Shown in pieces: positions 8,710 through 18,706 of a stretch of 64,000 nt of DNA. The notes beneath the pieces are model-generated. The model was not told the DNA's origin. It saw nothing but the letters and a program-made list of their open reading frames with translations, and searched no databases. The position numbers were made by a program, and so were the translations under genes. The DNA is taken from positions 1-64,000 of the IMG/VR virus record IMGVR_UViG_3300025735_000294; one strand, written 5' to 3'. Each line of letters starts with the position of its first letter. Position 1 is the stretch's first letter. The DNA comes from a virus (Duplodnaviria > Caudoviricetes).

Positions 8710-9476
8710 TGCTGGATAACAAAAACCAAATAGCAGCATTCAAGATACTCAACTCATCAAGCCTAGTTGAGCCTGATTCTGTAACGGCTTGCCTATCTTC
8801 TGCAGCTGAATCAAATGCATTGAATGAGTTACTGAAAGGGCTTCTTAGAGATGAACTCGTATATCCATCGTCGATAGGCCAGTACATAGCGGCTATCAGA
8901 ACTTTTAACGACGTTCTGCAGCAAGCCGAAAGCACAGCTATGTATTTTTCTGACTCGATCACCCCGTTTACAACACCTTCGGAAATCCTACAGATGAAGC
9001 TGGGATGGGAATGCCACGCAAAGGGCACTGAGTTAGAGCCTATGCCTCCTTTTTCACTCGTGGAGGGGATAGAGGACCAGGTAATAGCGAGCGGTCTTTT
9101 TACAGCGTTAGACGCTGTAATAACCGACCCCCTTGTTAATGCGATGGAGGCAATAAACCAAACGTTGTTACTCACATTAGGTGGTGAAGAGGGCGGCGCT
9201 GGGGAAACTGTGATTCCTAATGAACAAATATTGGCATTAGCAACTGCCACCGAAAATATGCAAATACAAATTGAGCTGGTGGCCGGTGCCGCAACTCAGG
9301 TTTCAGCAATGGCCAACGCTATCGAAACTTCCACCGGCATATCGCGTAAAGCCCTACAAGATGCGGTCGCCATTACGTTAACAAACAACCTAAAAGAGGA
9401 TGCTTTAATGTCTGGAGCAATCGCTCAGATCATGCCTGAAGGTGTCATTGATGCGTTAAGTAAGGAGGTGGCATGA
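8706..9476 (+). CDS. P1 UpfB-like protein, function unknown
   Basis: Size and position between upfC and spanin genes as in P1. Confidence 0.55.
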   Translation: MMLDNKNQIAAFKILNSSSLVEPDSVTACLSSAAESNALNELLKGLLRDELVYPSSIGQYIAAIRTFNDVLQQAESTAMYFSDSITPFTTPSEILQMKLGWECHAKGTELEPMPPFSLVEGIEDQVIASGLFTALDAVITDPLVNAMEAINQTLLLTLGGEEGGAGETVIPNEQILALATATENMQIQIELVAGAATQVSAMANAIETSTGISRKALQDAVAITLTNNLKEDALMSGAIAQIMPEGVIDALSKEVA

Positions 9477-9955
9477 GAATCTTTAAGGGCCTTTTAGGAA
9501 TGTCTCTAGCCTTTGTGTTGGTCTTGTCCATACATAAGGTTGCGAGCATCGTGCAGGCACATTTTGACCACATTGATAATATTGAGTCCAGTAACCAGGT
9601 ACTCACTGAAAGCAATTCGGTGCTTCAAGACAATAACGATGTCTTACAGGCTGCGATTATAGAAAGTGAAGAGGGTAAAGGGGATCTCATAGACGAAATT
9701 AAACGACTACAAGGAGCAAATGAAGAACATGAACGGAAGCAACTGCAGCAGCAGCGTCAATTTGATAAACAGCAACAAGAAAACTTTCAGATTATGGCTG
9801 CTATGGCCGAAGAAATGCATAAAGCTGGCCTGCATAACATCCGCTTGCCTGCTGATGTTGTCAGGATGCAGCGCGAGCAAGCCAAAGCCATCAATACCCG
9901 CGCACGTAGTTATAGCGAAGCAGAAAGTGGAAGTGCCGAGGAGCAAACCGAGTAA
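9473..9955 (+). CDS. Inner-membrane spanin (Rz-like, P1 PpfA position)
   Basis: N-terminal TM followed by coiled coil; 3' end overlapped by a lipoprotein ORF. Confidence 0.7.
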   Translation: MRIFKGLLGMSLAFVLVLSIHKVASIVQAHFDHIDNIESSNQVLTESNSVLQDNNDVLQAAIIESEEGKGDLIDEIKRLQGANEEHERKQLQQQRQFDKQQQENFQIMAAMAEEMHKAGLHNIRLPADVVRMQREQAKAINTRARSYSEAESGSAEEQTE

Positions 9956-10100
9956 ATATCAGCCATGCTTTGTGCCTGAAGATACTCCAGAGCTTCTGGA
10001 CCAATATCCAGAGTACACGTCTAATTTGCTATTAGTTATTGACCAGTGCAATCAGCGAAACCGGCTCATTTCAGAGCGTAACGAAAACATGATTAAATGA
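9720..10100 (+). CDS. Outer-membrane spanin lipoprotein (Rz1-like, P1 Mlp position); true start likely downstream of 9720
   Basis: Hydrophobic signal with lipobox LMLSGC, Pro-rich linker, C-terminal helix; overlaps i-spanin in another frame. Confidence 0.7.
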   Translation: MKNMNGSNCSSSVNLINSNKKTFRLWLLWPKKCIKLACITSACLLMLSGCSASKPKPSIPAHVVIAKQKVEVPRSKPSKYQPCFVPEDTPELLDQYPEYTSNLLLVIDQCNQRNRLISERNENMIK

Positions 10101-10202
10101 GTATGTGATTCTAGAATCATGGGCGCACAGGATTCCCGATCAGTGCTCATTGGCTGATATGATGATGAGAGCATGGAATTATAGAATCATATGATTCCAT
10201 GT

Positions 10203-10601
10203 TTATTTGCTCATGTCATACGCCTTTATTAATTCATCTACACCCGACTCCAGCGCAAGCTTACGCAGACCCTCATTCATTTTCCCATCCCCATGCTCAA
10301 CCAGCCATTCACGTACTTTTTTGGGGATATAAAACGTCGCTGTTACAGGGTTCGGTACTTTCCGGGGGGCGCCACCAACAGGCCATTTAATCTTCTTGCG
10401 GATCTCCGAGGGGGGGAGGGTGGTGCTGGCGTTTAGTATGATACGTCTGCCGTACTTCATTATGATCCGTTCTGCCATGTGCAACGTTTCACTATCTGCC
10501 AGTATCTCATTGATATGCTTTTCAACTGTGTTACGCGTATTAATTTTTAGCCGGTGTGACCGGCTGCCGCCTTTGTACTCAATATAAACCTGATAGGACA
10601 T
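10203..10601 (-). CDS. P1 UpfA-like hypothetical protein
   Basis: 132 aa basic protein next to the mlp-like gene; RBS present. Confidence 0.5.
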   Translation of the reverse strand: MSYQVYIEYKGGSRSHRLKINTRNTVEKHINEILADSETLHMAERIIMKYGRRIILNASTTLPPSEIRKKIKWPVGGAPRKVPNPVTATFYIPKKVREWLVEHGDGKMNEGLRKLALESGVDELIKAYDMSK

Positions 10602-10757
10602 CTAAATGTTCTCTGTTAAATAAACTTTTGCACACGTTAGCGAGCCGAGCCTAACAATTCAAATAATTCGTTAGATTTTCGATCAGAATAAATAACACAT
10701 GTGTTAGATTAATTACGCCAAAAAACCTCTCACCGCGCCCGTACACAGGGCTAAACA

Positions 10758-12557
10758 GTGAGTACAAAAGATATCCAGCCAGCTCGCCTACGCGAGCAAG
10801 AGATCGTGTCCCGTGCGGGTGACGTGATGTCGATGACCGTCGGCGCTATTCATGATGCCGCAGGTAACATGCTCCCGGACCATACATTAATCCGTTCAAA
10901 CATCTCGTCTGCTATTAAGCAGAACGGCGGTGTAATGTTCGAAGCAGTTGGTGAAGAATTCGGCGTACAGGTCATGGGTGCCTGGGCAGATTCGATTGAC
11001 CAATACCGTGATAAATATGGTGCATATCCAGCCATGGATGTGCTGGCAAATGCGCATAAATCTCTCGAAAATTTGATGCTGGAATGCGCACCTAACAAAG
11101 AGCATTCAGGAGAAGGCAAAGCCATGTTCGAATCCGTGCAGTCAATGCGCGAGTCCGACGGCGTAATGCGTCTTGCCTTGTATGCAGCGTTGATCCTTCC
11201 GGCAGCGCTGGGTGCAGCCACTAGCGATGCATGTACTTTCATTCCGTGTGAACGCGACAAATCAGACATCTATGAACTGATTAACATTGCGGGTACTAAC
11301 TTCGGTACGTTTAAGCCTGGCGATGAGCTCAATATGCAGAGTGCGGGTGTTTATACCCAAATGCTGCGTCTGTATCAGCTCAAAGAGAAGGGGGATGGCA
11401 CTAAAACCGCCTTCAAGTTTGATATCAAAGACCACGAAGGGCAGACCTGCCCAATCCGTAAAGGCTACAACAAGCTTCTGATCAACCGTAAACCATCAAA
11501 AGTTGATGACAGCGACGGTAACTTGTATTTCAACGGCAATGACAGCTTTGGTGAAGCCTTCTCTGCGACTGCGAAGGTTGATTACGAAAATGGCATCATC
11601 GATATCACCTTTACTGAACCGCCAGCTGAAGGTACTGAAATTGCTGTTCGTGTAGAGATTAACATCGAGCAAAATCCTAAGCTGATCCCGGTTATTAACC
11701 AGGCGATGCGTAGCTATTCTGTGTATCCGTCTCAATACGTTGTTGCTTCAGAGCATACGGTTATGTCTGGGTCATACGCGAATCGTGAATTCGGTATCAA
11801 CATGCAGGCAACTCAGTTCTCTGCAATGCGTAACCTGCTTTCCCATGAGCAGGACATCATGCGCCTGCGCACGTTGGTATTCCATACTGTATTCGGTCGC
11901 AAATTTGATGTGGCTATGCCTGTCACTCAAAACTTTGAGTCATGGGTCGGTATTATGAAGCATGTGGTTAATGCTCTCAGCCAGGATATGGCCAACCGCA
12001 CACTGACCACCGGTATTCGCGGCGGCTTTGCTGGTGGAGATGCCGCAAACTTCCTGCGCTCTTTGCCTCCTCAGCACTTCCAGCTTGCACCTGGCTACGT
12101 CCAATCCCCATACGTCCAGTACATTGGCACGCTCTTCGGCACTATCCGCATTTATGAAGTGCCAGCGCCAGTATGTCAGCAGTTCATGGAACAGGGGTAC
12201 GATCTCGGTCTGGACGATATTTATTTCTACGGTCGTGGGGATGATATTGGTAAAGCTGGCCTTATCGCCGGTGATGCAGTCCCTGCCATTCCATACGTGC
12301 ATGAAACAAACCCAAGCCTGGTTAACCGCACTACTCTGTGGGGATCGGCAATCAACGATGTTCACCCTCGAAACGGCGAAAACTACTTTGCTCGTTTAAC
12401 TCTGACCCACGCGAAGGACGGTGCCATTGACTACTTGACGGGTCAAGTGAATGGCACCTCAGGTACGGTTGTTGAGGGTGTAACCCTTTCTCCCGCTTCG
12501 ATCACGGTTTCCGCTGGTGATGAGATCACCGCTGGCAACACCAAAAAAGATTCCTAA
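10758..12557 (+). CDS. Major capsid protein precursor (P1 gp23-like) ending in the first strands of an Ig-like domain
   Basis: 599 aa; MFES site at ~aa 122; YAALILPAALGA, HETNPSLVNRTTLWG; upstream of sheath; tail VEGVTLSPASITVSAG is a Big_2 start. Confidence 0.88.
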   Translation: MSTKDIQPARLREQEIVSRAGDVMSMTVGAIHDAAGNMLPDHTLIRSNISSAIKQNGGVMFEAVGEEFGVQVMGAWADSIDQYRDKYGAYPAMDVLANAHKSLENLMLECAPNKEHSGEGKAMFESVQSMRESDGVMRLALYAALILPAALGAATSDACTFIPCERDKSDIYELINIAGTNFGTFKPGDELNMQSAGVYTQMLRLYQLKEKGDGTKTAFKFDIKDHEGQTCPIRKGYNKLLINRKPSKVDDSDGNLYFNGNDSFGEAFSATAKVDYENGIIDITFTEPPAEGTEIAVRVEINIEQNPKLIPVINQAMRSYSVYPSQYVVASEHTVMSGSYANREFGINMQATQFSAMRNLLSHEQDIMRLRTLVFHTVFGRKFDVAMPVTQNFESWVGIMKHVVNALSQDMANRTLTTGIRGGFAGGDAANFLRSLPPQHFQLAPGYVQSPYVQYIGTLFGTIRIYEVPAPVCQQFMEQGYDLGLDDIYFYGRGDDIGKAGLIAGDAVPAIPYVHETNPSLVNRTTLWGSAINDVHPRNGENYFARLTLTHAKDGAIDYLTGQVNGTSGTVVEGVTLSPASITVSAGDEITAGNTKKDS

Positions 12558-12596
12558 CCACGTTTAGCCCCCGGCTAACGGGGGAAAGGATTGAAA

Positions 12597-12887
12597 ATGC
12601 CTCAGATCATCAAAGTAACTATCTTGCCTGAAAACGCAACGGATAAAGCTTTCACTATCAGCTCCAGCGATCCTGAGATCGTTGAGGTTCAAGCTGATGG
12701 CGTCTCATGCAAAGTGGTCGGCAAAGCGGGCGAAAAGGCCACACTGACCGTCACCACACATGATGGCGAGTACACAGCTGAATGTGAAGTCACAGTAAAG
12801 GCAGCTGACGTCCAGGTAGAAGGCGTCTCTGTTGACATTGATTCTACCGAAGCCGAAGAAGGTGAAACCATCACCGTTACGCTGTAA
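12597..12887 (+). CDS. Small Big_2 (Ig-like) capsid-decoration candidate, apparently circularly permuted
   Basis: VTILPENATDK...SSSDPEIVEV...ATLTVTTHDG..TAECEVTV then VQVEGVSVD...GETITVTL; own RBS AAAGGA. Confidence 0.75.
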   Translation: MPQIIKVTILPENATDKAFTISSSDPEIVEVQADGVSCKVVGKAGEKATLTVTTHDGEYTAECEVTVKAADVQVEGVSVDIDSTEAEEGETITVTL

Positions 12888-12935
12888 CTGGTATCCCCAG
12901 TAATGCTGGGGTGCCTTTTCTGACAGGTAGAAACA

Positions 12936-14618
12936 ATGAATAAAATTGCATTCTCAGTGGGGCAGGCCGCCGAAACAGCAGTAATGGCTGTGAACGCGGA
13001 TGCAACACTAACCAGCGCGAGTGGTGGCGCTTCTGTTTTCGCTGGTTTGGTCATTTCTCGACGTGGCCAACCAGGTAAAGTCCTTTCTGTTACTTCGGCT
13101 ACCTACAGCTCGGTACTCGGTGAACCAATTCACCCGCGAATGGGAGCATCATTTGAGCCGTACCGTCATGTCGAACGCGCAGTAGCTGGTGGGAACGGCG
13201 TGGTAGTTCGTGTATGCGCACCGGATATGAAAATACCGGGGCTGTCATTAGCGATTGGCGCGTCAGCATATGACGCCGACAATGTAGCAGTTGAAAGCGT
13301 ATCGCTGGGCAGCTCCTCTTTGGATCTCGTAGAAGGTTCCGCTTTAAACTTTGAGCTATCAGAAATTGATAGTGAAGAGGGGTTAATTACCAGCGAAGTA
13401 ACGTTTGGTCCTCATGTCGTGCCGGAACTGCCGGATGGTGCAGTGCTAATGCTGTACATCAAAGATGGCGACGCTTCGGCAAATCGCACGTTATCAATTG
13501 AGACTGAAGAAGACAGCGATCTTTTTACCATCTATCTGCGCGAGGTGCTGGCAGATGGCTCAGTTTCCGTACTGGAAAGCCACCAGGCTTCACTTAATCC
13601 ATACAGCGTAACGGATATGGGCGAACCGGCATGGCTTCAGACAGTGCTGGAAAATGGTTCTACTCGCCTTGCGGCCTTAGTCGCTGACGATGCAGAGGAA
13701 GTGCTGGCAGAGGTAGATCTTAATCTCCCGCAGACCTACTTCACCGGCGGCTCTGACGGAGATTTAAGTGGTATCACGTCGAAGGAATATCTGACAGCAC
13801 TCACGACCTTGGAAAATTCCAATGTCAACTTTACCGCTTTGCTGTCCCTGGGATGCTATGACGCAACTGTACTTGCCGCCTTGAACACACTGGCTGAAGA
13901 AGTTCGGGTTGATATGTTCTATGACCTGAAAGGCAATCAGCTCGCAGAAAAGGCTATCAGCGAAGCAGAGAGCCATGGTCTTTCAGGTTCTCACCAGCCT
14001 GCGCGATATTACTTCCCATACAGCTGTCGCGATAAATCCACCAGCATGAACGTTGTGTTTGGGATCAGCTGTGATGCGTTTGTCGCAAAAGCAAAAGGTG
14101 TAGCGCTTATTCCGGATGTTGGCGGCTGGCATTATGCCCCCGCCGGTTCTTCTCGCGGGGTTATTTCTCGTCAGAACATCACACCAATCGCGAACCTGGA
14201 TGTTATCGACCGTGAAGCGTTCGTGAAGGCCCGTATTAACCCAGTATGTATTGGTTCCGATGGTTCAGTGGTTATTGATGATTCATTAACTACCTATGGA
14301 AAAAACAACTATCTCCGCTTCCAGCATGTTTCGTCACTGATGAATGCGATAGCACGCGACTTCTACGCCATCGCCCAGGCTGTTAAGCACGAACCCGACG
14401 GCGTAACACAGAAGTCCCTTACTGATGCGATGAGTAACTTGCTGGACCGTTATTTCGCCGCTGATGCGCTGGTGAAACCGCGTGATGACTCACAAGGTAC
14501 TGAGCCATACATCCTGACGGTCAAACAACTCGAAATCGACTACTGGCAAGTTGAATGGGCTGTATGCCCAACGGGAACCGCTCGCCGGATCATCGGTAAA
14601 CCAATCCTTATGCGCTAA
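12936..14618 (+). CDS. Contractile tail sheath protein (P1 gp22-like)
   Basis: GWHYAPAGSSRG, RINPV, DDSLTT, LRFQHVSSLMN, CPTGTARRI sheath C-domain motifs. Confidence 0.9.
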   Translation: MNKIAFSVGQAAETAVMAVNADATLTSASGGASVFAGLVISRRGQPGKVLSVTSATYSSVLGEPIHPRMGASFEPYRHVERAVAGGNGVVVRVCAPDMKIPGLSLAIGASAYDADNVAVESVSLGSSSLDLVEGSALNFELSEIDSEEGLITSEVTFGPHVVPELPDGAVLMLYIKDGDASANRTLSIETEEDSDLFTIYLREVLADGSVSVLESHQASLNPYSVTDMGEPAWLQTVLENGSTRLAALVADDAEEVLAEVDLNLPQTYFTGGSDGDLSGITSKEYLTALTTLENSNVNFTALLSLGCYDATVLAALNTLAEEVRVDMFYDLKGNQLAEKAISEAESHGLSGSHQPARYYFPYSCRDKSTSMNVVFGISCDAFVAKAKGVALIPDVGGWHYAPAGSSRGVISRQNITPIANLDVIDREAFVKARINPVCIGSDGSVVIDDSLTTYGKNNYLRFQHVSSLMNAIARDFYAIAQAVKHEPDGVTQKSLTDAMSNLLDRYFAADALVKPRDDSQGTEPYILTVKQLEIDYWQVEWAVCPTGTARRIIGKPILMR

Positions 14619-14657
14619 TTTTCGCCCGCCTCCGGGCGGGAATTATGTGAGGAACTA

Positions 14658-15377
14658 ATGAGAAACAATTTTGTACACGCCAACCCGCTTTTGATGGCTA
14701 TTTATAGCCCTGCAAGCGTAGAAACACCGCCTTCTGGCCCAGTGCCAGATCCGATGTTTGAAAGCCCGTCTGACAAGCGGCGTAAGCAAAGCGAAGATCT
14801 AGAAACAGCTATGTTTGAGGCTGTGGAACAACGCGCTTCCGCTGATTTGCGTTCTGTGGCTGCGTCAATGCTGGCTGGCTGGATTGAAGACGGTGAGCCT
14901 GAAGCAGTCGACTTTGACTCCTTGGCGATCGTTATGTGCGGTCTGGAGGATGTTGAGAGCGACGACGATTTTACCGACGAACAGGTTGAAGCCTATTTCA
15001 CCGCGTTGTCAGCGTTGGCTGATGCCGCTGTTGCAATGGGAGCCGATCAGGACGATGTAACGGCCATGATTGATGAGGAGGACGACGATGCGGCGAGCCG
15101 CGTATTCGATTCTTTATCCACCGGATCTGACGCAATGGAAGAATCTATTGCCGAATACACAGTATTTGGTGGTAGTGAAGATCCTATGTTCGAAGCTGTT
15201 CGTAAAAAAGTTATTCGTAACGGCAAGGTCAAAATTATTCGTAAACGCCCGCGTCCACGCCGATTGAATGCCGCCCAAAAGGGGGCGCTGAAGAAGGCCC
15301 GTCGTAAAGCGCATACTTCAGTAGCCAAAATGCACCGTAAAAAATCCATGACTATCCGCAAAAAACGCGGGATGTAA
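14658..15377 (+). CDS. Acidic core with very basic C-terminus; probable prohead scaffold/internal protein (P1 gp21 position)
   Basis: Three MFE(S/A) motifs; the last releases an Arg/Lys-rich 59-aa tail. Confidence 0.6.
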   Translation: MRNNFVHANPLLMAIYSPASVETPPSGPVPDPMFESPSDKRRKQSEDLETAMFEAVEQRASADLRSVAASMLAGWIEDGEPEAVDFDSLAIVMCGLEDVESDDDFTDEQVEAYFTALSALADAAVAMGADQDDVTAMIDEEDDDAASRVFDSLSTGSDAMEESIAEYTVFGGSEDPMFEAVRKKVIRNGKVKIIRKRPRPRRLNAAQKGALKKARRKAHTSVAKMHRKKSMTIRKKRGM

Positions 15378-15413
15378 TAAGTTACTGGCCGCTGGCTTTG
15401 GTCGGCGGCGCCA

Positions 15414-16016
15414 ATGGAGGTGTGTGTGTATTGTGGCGCGATAATGCCGGATGGGATAAGTCCATTTTTGAAAGTCTATATCACGTCTGAAACCGACATG
15501 GTTGTCGGTTATATCGGTGATGGAAGCACGTCTTCACTGTCTTCAATGTGGCAGTCGCCGTTCGAAAACCAGTCTCTTGGTGGCCTGGCCGGACAAATCA
15601 GTGAAGCCGCCCGTTCAGCCGCTGGGGTATTTCAGACAGTATCGGGGCATACATCGAAAAGCGTTCTCAACTCGATGCTGGTATGGGAGGGTCAGCAGCC
15701 TCCAGAGTTCAGTCTGACCATAGACTTGCTGGCCACTACCAATGCTTTCTTGGAAGTAAACAGCGCAATAACCTGTTTGCTGAAAATGGCATCGCCTGAG
15801 TTGAATGACTACACCCCGATGGGCCGCCGACCAGAAACGGTCGTGTTAGATATTGGCCGACGTCTAAAGCTGATGGATGTCGTCATTAAGGACGTTAGCT
15901 ACCTGCTTGATGCGCCAAGAACACAGGCCGGTTATTACTCGCAAAACACCATAACTCTTCAGTGCTCCGGAAACACATCAGTGAACCGAAGCGATGTTCC
16001 GTTTATGTTTCTTTAA
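15414..16016 (+). CDS. pmgG: Baseplate tube-initiator protein (P1 PmgG-like)
   Basis: DG.SPFLKV, WQSPFEN.S.G, LVWEGQQPPEF; synteny. Confidence 0.65.
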   Translation: MEVCVYCGAIMPDGISPFLKVYITSETDMVVGYIGDGSTSSLSSMWQSPFENQSLGGLAGQISEAARSAAGVFQTVSGHTSKSVLNSMLVWEGQQPPEFSLTIDLLATTNAFLEVNSAITCLLKMASPELNDYTPMGRRPETVVLDIGRRLKLMDVVIKDVSYLLDAPRTQAGYYSQNTITLQCSGNTSVNRSDVPFMFL

Positions 16017-16025
16017 AGGTTTAAT

Positions 16026-16517
16026 ATGTCTGGTTTCGGAAATACAAAGGCAGATACCGCTTTTCTGAAGGCTCGCTTTAACAAAAGTGTGGCTGCTGGC
16101 GAGCGTCTCGTCGGTTCAGAATTTTGGATGACAATAAAGGGTTATGAGAATCTTTCGATTCTGGTAACAACAACTCAATTGCCAGAAGTGGCTCGTGAAG
16201 ACGTCGAGTTCTTTGCGCCGAGTGGCATGAAGTTTAACCAATATGGACCTCTTCGAAATTCAGGCGAATTTCAGGTGACTTTCCTCGAAACGATCGAAGG
16301 TGACGTACTGAAGAAGGTCAAAGAAATCGTTTATGGCAAAAAATACTTGGACGTTGTGTTCGCAGCATCTGCTGAATCTAATAGCGGTAGTGATAAAGGG
16401 CTTACTCGCACTTTCTCGCACTGTAAATTGCGTTCCGATGCAGTGGACTTTAGCGCCGAAGATGTGACGACCGTCGTCCGTCCAACAATTGCAATCATCT
16501 ACAACTGGCAGGAGTAA
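16026..16517 (+). CDS. bplB: Tail tube protein (P1 BplB-like)
   Basis: G.GNTKAD..FLKARF, QLPE..RE.VE, GP.RNSGE; 163 aa tube-size protein. Confidence 0.7.
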   Translation: MSGFGNTKADTAFLKARFNKSVAAGERLVGSEFWMTIKGYENLSILVTTTQLPEVAREDVEFFAPSGMKFNQYGPLRNSGEFQVTFLETIEGDVLKKVKEIVYGKKYLDVVFAASAESNSGSDKGLTRTFSHCKLRSDAVDFSAEDVTTVVRPTIAIIYNWQE

Positions 16518-16520
16518 GTA

Positions 16521-17078
16521 ATGACCCCTGCTGATCTCCTGGAAGGCGTTAAAAAGCGCTTTAATCCGCTGCTAGTGGACAAAAAGGAAGAGCTACACTC
16601 ACTTCTTCGAAAGGCATTGGCCGCCTATCAGGATAGGGCAGGGGTTATCACTTCCCTTAAGTTGGAAAAAAGTGATGGCCTGGCCATCGCTTTTCCTGAC
16701 GATTACCTATCACTAGTTCACGTCACGGATAAAGACGCTTTTCTTGTCTATTCCGCGATACAGCACGACGGCATCGAACTGGAAATGACCGGTTATGAAA
16801 CATGGCCGTTGCGCCTGACATATCTGATGAATTTGCGCGACCGTGATTTTGATAGTTGGCATTTGCCGCCGTCCATCGTTGGTATGGTTGAGGACTATCT
16901 GGAAGCGCTCATTAAAGTGCAAAACGTTGCCCGCATTCGCCGTGTATCCATTGATGGAAAATTTGACTACTCGGATCTGCCTGATGAGCCCACGCTGCAT
17001 CAAAGGGTCTTGGATTTAGAGGATCGAATGTCATATAACAGGGCGATCATACCGGGTGCAACTTTGAGGCCGTTTTAA
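16521..17078 (+). CDS. Head-tail adaptor (P1 PmgC-like)
   Basis: TP..LLE.VKKRF.PLL, AL..YQDRAG; synteny with tub. Confidence 0.6.
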   Translation: MTPADLLEGVKKRFNPLLVDKKEELHSLLRKALAAYQDRAGVITSLKLEKSDGLAIAFPDDYLSLVHVTDKDAFLVYSAIQHDGIELEMTGYETWPLRLTYLMNLRDRDFDSWHLPPSIVGMVEDYLEALIKVQNVARIRRVSIDGKFDYSDLPDEPTLHQRVLDLEDRMSYNRAIIPGATLRPF

Positions 17079-17086
17079 GAGCGACT

Positions 17087-17800
17087 ATGGGTTATTTTGA
17101 CGGGATTACTAACTCTTTATCGGTTGATACTGGCTCCTTCACCAGTAACTTGATTAGTGACATCCTTGAGAGTTCGCTCTCTTCAAGCGGCAGCGGCGCT
17201 AAGTTCGCGAACGATGTAGCATTCGGGAAGAACTACGTGAATTTGGCGATGCGAATTCGCTATGCCCAGGGCTGGCAGTGGACTGTTGAGGTAGACGGTT
17301 TAAGCGGTTTTGAGATGTTCGCTAAGGACATCACATACGGATTCGGGAACATCGAACATGACACTAAAGTGATTGGCAGTGTTGAGTTCAATAAGCCGAC
17401 ACATGCTACCGCCGGTACAATCACTTTGACGGTCATGGATACTGAAGACGGTAAAATTCACTCATGGTTTCAAGCGAGAAAAGCCCGCGTCACCAATGGC
17501 GATGGCACAGTGAATTTGCCACCTGAGTACCTACTGGGTATTAGAATTTACCGCGTTACTCAGGAGGGGGCGAAGCAGCTTGAACAGGAGGTGAAAGTGT
17601 TTCCGACCCAATTGGGTGAGATCACCCGTTCCCGCGACCAGGTGACAGAGTTTCTTAGCTATCCTCTGACATTCGTAAAACACACATCTGCAGGTAGTGC
17701 GGTAACTGGCGTGCTGGGAGCCGTTGCTGGGACCGTAACAGGTTCAGTTACCGGCGCGGCAAGTGATGCAATTGCATCTGCACAGGTGATCAAGTTCTAA
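17087..17800 (+). CDS. tub: Tube-like baseplate protein (P1 Tub-like)
   Basis: YAQGWQW.VEVDG, FAKDITY, TFVK; synteny. Confidence 0.65.
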   Translation: MGYFDGITNSLSVDTGSFTSNLISDILESSLSSSGSGAKFANDVAFGKNYVNLAMRIRYAQGWQWTVEVDGLSGFEMFAKDITYGFGNIEHDTKVIGSVEFNKPTHATAGTITLTVMDTEDGKIHSWFQARKARVTNGDGTVNLPPEYLLGIRIYRVTQEGAKQLEQEVKVFPTQLGEITRSRDQVTEFLSYPLTFVKHTSAGSAVTGVLGAVAGTVTGSVTGAASDAIASAQVIKF

Positions 17801-17831
17801 CTCGTAGTAGGGGCAAATATGCCCCTACTCG

Positions 17832-17852
17832 AAATCACATACTCCCTACACT
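17832..17852 (+). promoter_or_regulatory. Late promoter motif
   Basis: AAATCACATACTCCCTACACT; implies the next gene starts at GTG 17882. Confidence 0.72.
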
Positions 17853-17881
17853 GCGATTTTCACACCCTATCGGAGACGAAT

Positions 17882-18706
17882 GTGGAGATCGCAAAATTCC
17901 CGCTTACATCAAACCCTTTGAAAGAGATTGTCTTCACTCAACCAACGGTTGCTGACGGACTTGCGTTTGCAGCGCTTGTCGAGTCTGAAGATGAAGTGAA
18001 TACCACGCACTACCTGAACAAACTGCAAGGCGAAAACCCCGATGATAGTGCTCTCTGGACCGTCCAGGACAGACGAACGGCGTTGTGGTGGATCTTCGTC
18101 AATTCTCGATCCGATGCAGTGATGACATTTTCATATGAATGCCAGTTTTGCAAAGGGATGCATCACGCGGATATTGATATGACAAGTCTCGCTGATACGG
18201 TGGAGTTGTTGACCGTACCAGCGTTTGTAAAAACCTCAGTGCCTGTTAATGGCGTACCGACCAACTGGACATTGAAGCCTCTTGATGGTCGTGGCGCGGA
18301 GATGCTGGAGAGACTGAGGGAACTATTACCCGATCCAGAAGATACAAAAAACCACGAACAGAAACTGGCAGAGCTGCGCATTGCTGAAATTGCCCTTTGC
18401 ACCTCACTTGACGATGATCCGGATGACTTCAAAGAGGCTGCGAACCGGCGTTTTGACATCATCAATACCATGGCGATTGAAACCGAATTTACCCCGCTTG
18501 TTGCCAGAATTCAGCTCATGCAGCGCGATCTCCGACATGGCCTCGACATGGTGATCGATAAGGGTAGGGCGCACTTTGTTTTACCTCCTCAGCAATGCAA
18601 GAAAGCACAGGAGGGGGTGGACGCTAAAACAGTGCTCCACGTTCCCTTTTGCAATCACGAATTTATCCCATCACTTAAGCCAAAGCGGGTGGATCACCCT
18701 GATTGA
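17882..18706 (+). CDS. pmgB: Tail assembly chaperone / hub-assembly protein (P1 PmgB-like)
   Basis: FPL.SNP..EI.F.QPT, WT.QDRRTALWWIF, C..C..H; precedes tape measure; RBS GGAG before GTG 17882. Confidence 0.65.
   Translation: MEIAKFPLTSNPLKEIVFTQPTVADGLAFAALVESEDEVNTTHYLNKLQGENPDDSALWTVQDRRTALWWIFVNSRSDAVMTFSYECQFCKGMHHADIDMTSLADTVELLTVPAFVKTSVPVNGVPTNWTLKPLDGRGAEMLERLRELLPDPEDTKNHEQKLAELRIAEIALCTSLDDDPDDFKEAANRRFDIINTMAIETEFTPLVARIQLMQRDLRHGLDMVIDKGRAHFVLPPQQCKKAQEGVDAKTVLHVPFCNHEFIPSLKPKRVDHPD

Noticed and set aside
12538-12630. C-AAA-AAA-G plus hairpin at the capsid end as a -1 frameshift fusing the Ig domain
   Set aside because: The Ig ORF is in the same frame as the capsid; the -1 frame stops near 12630 and the +1 frame stops almost at once, so a single shift gives no fusion
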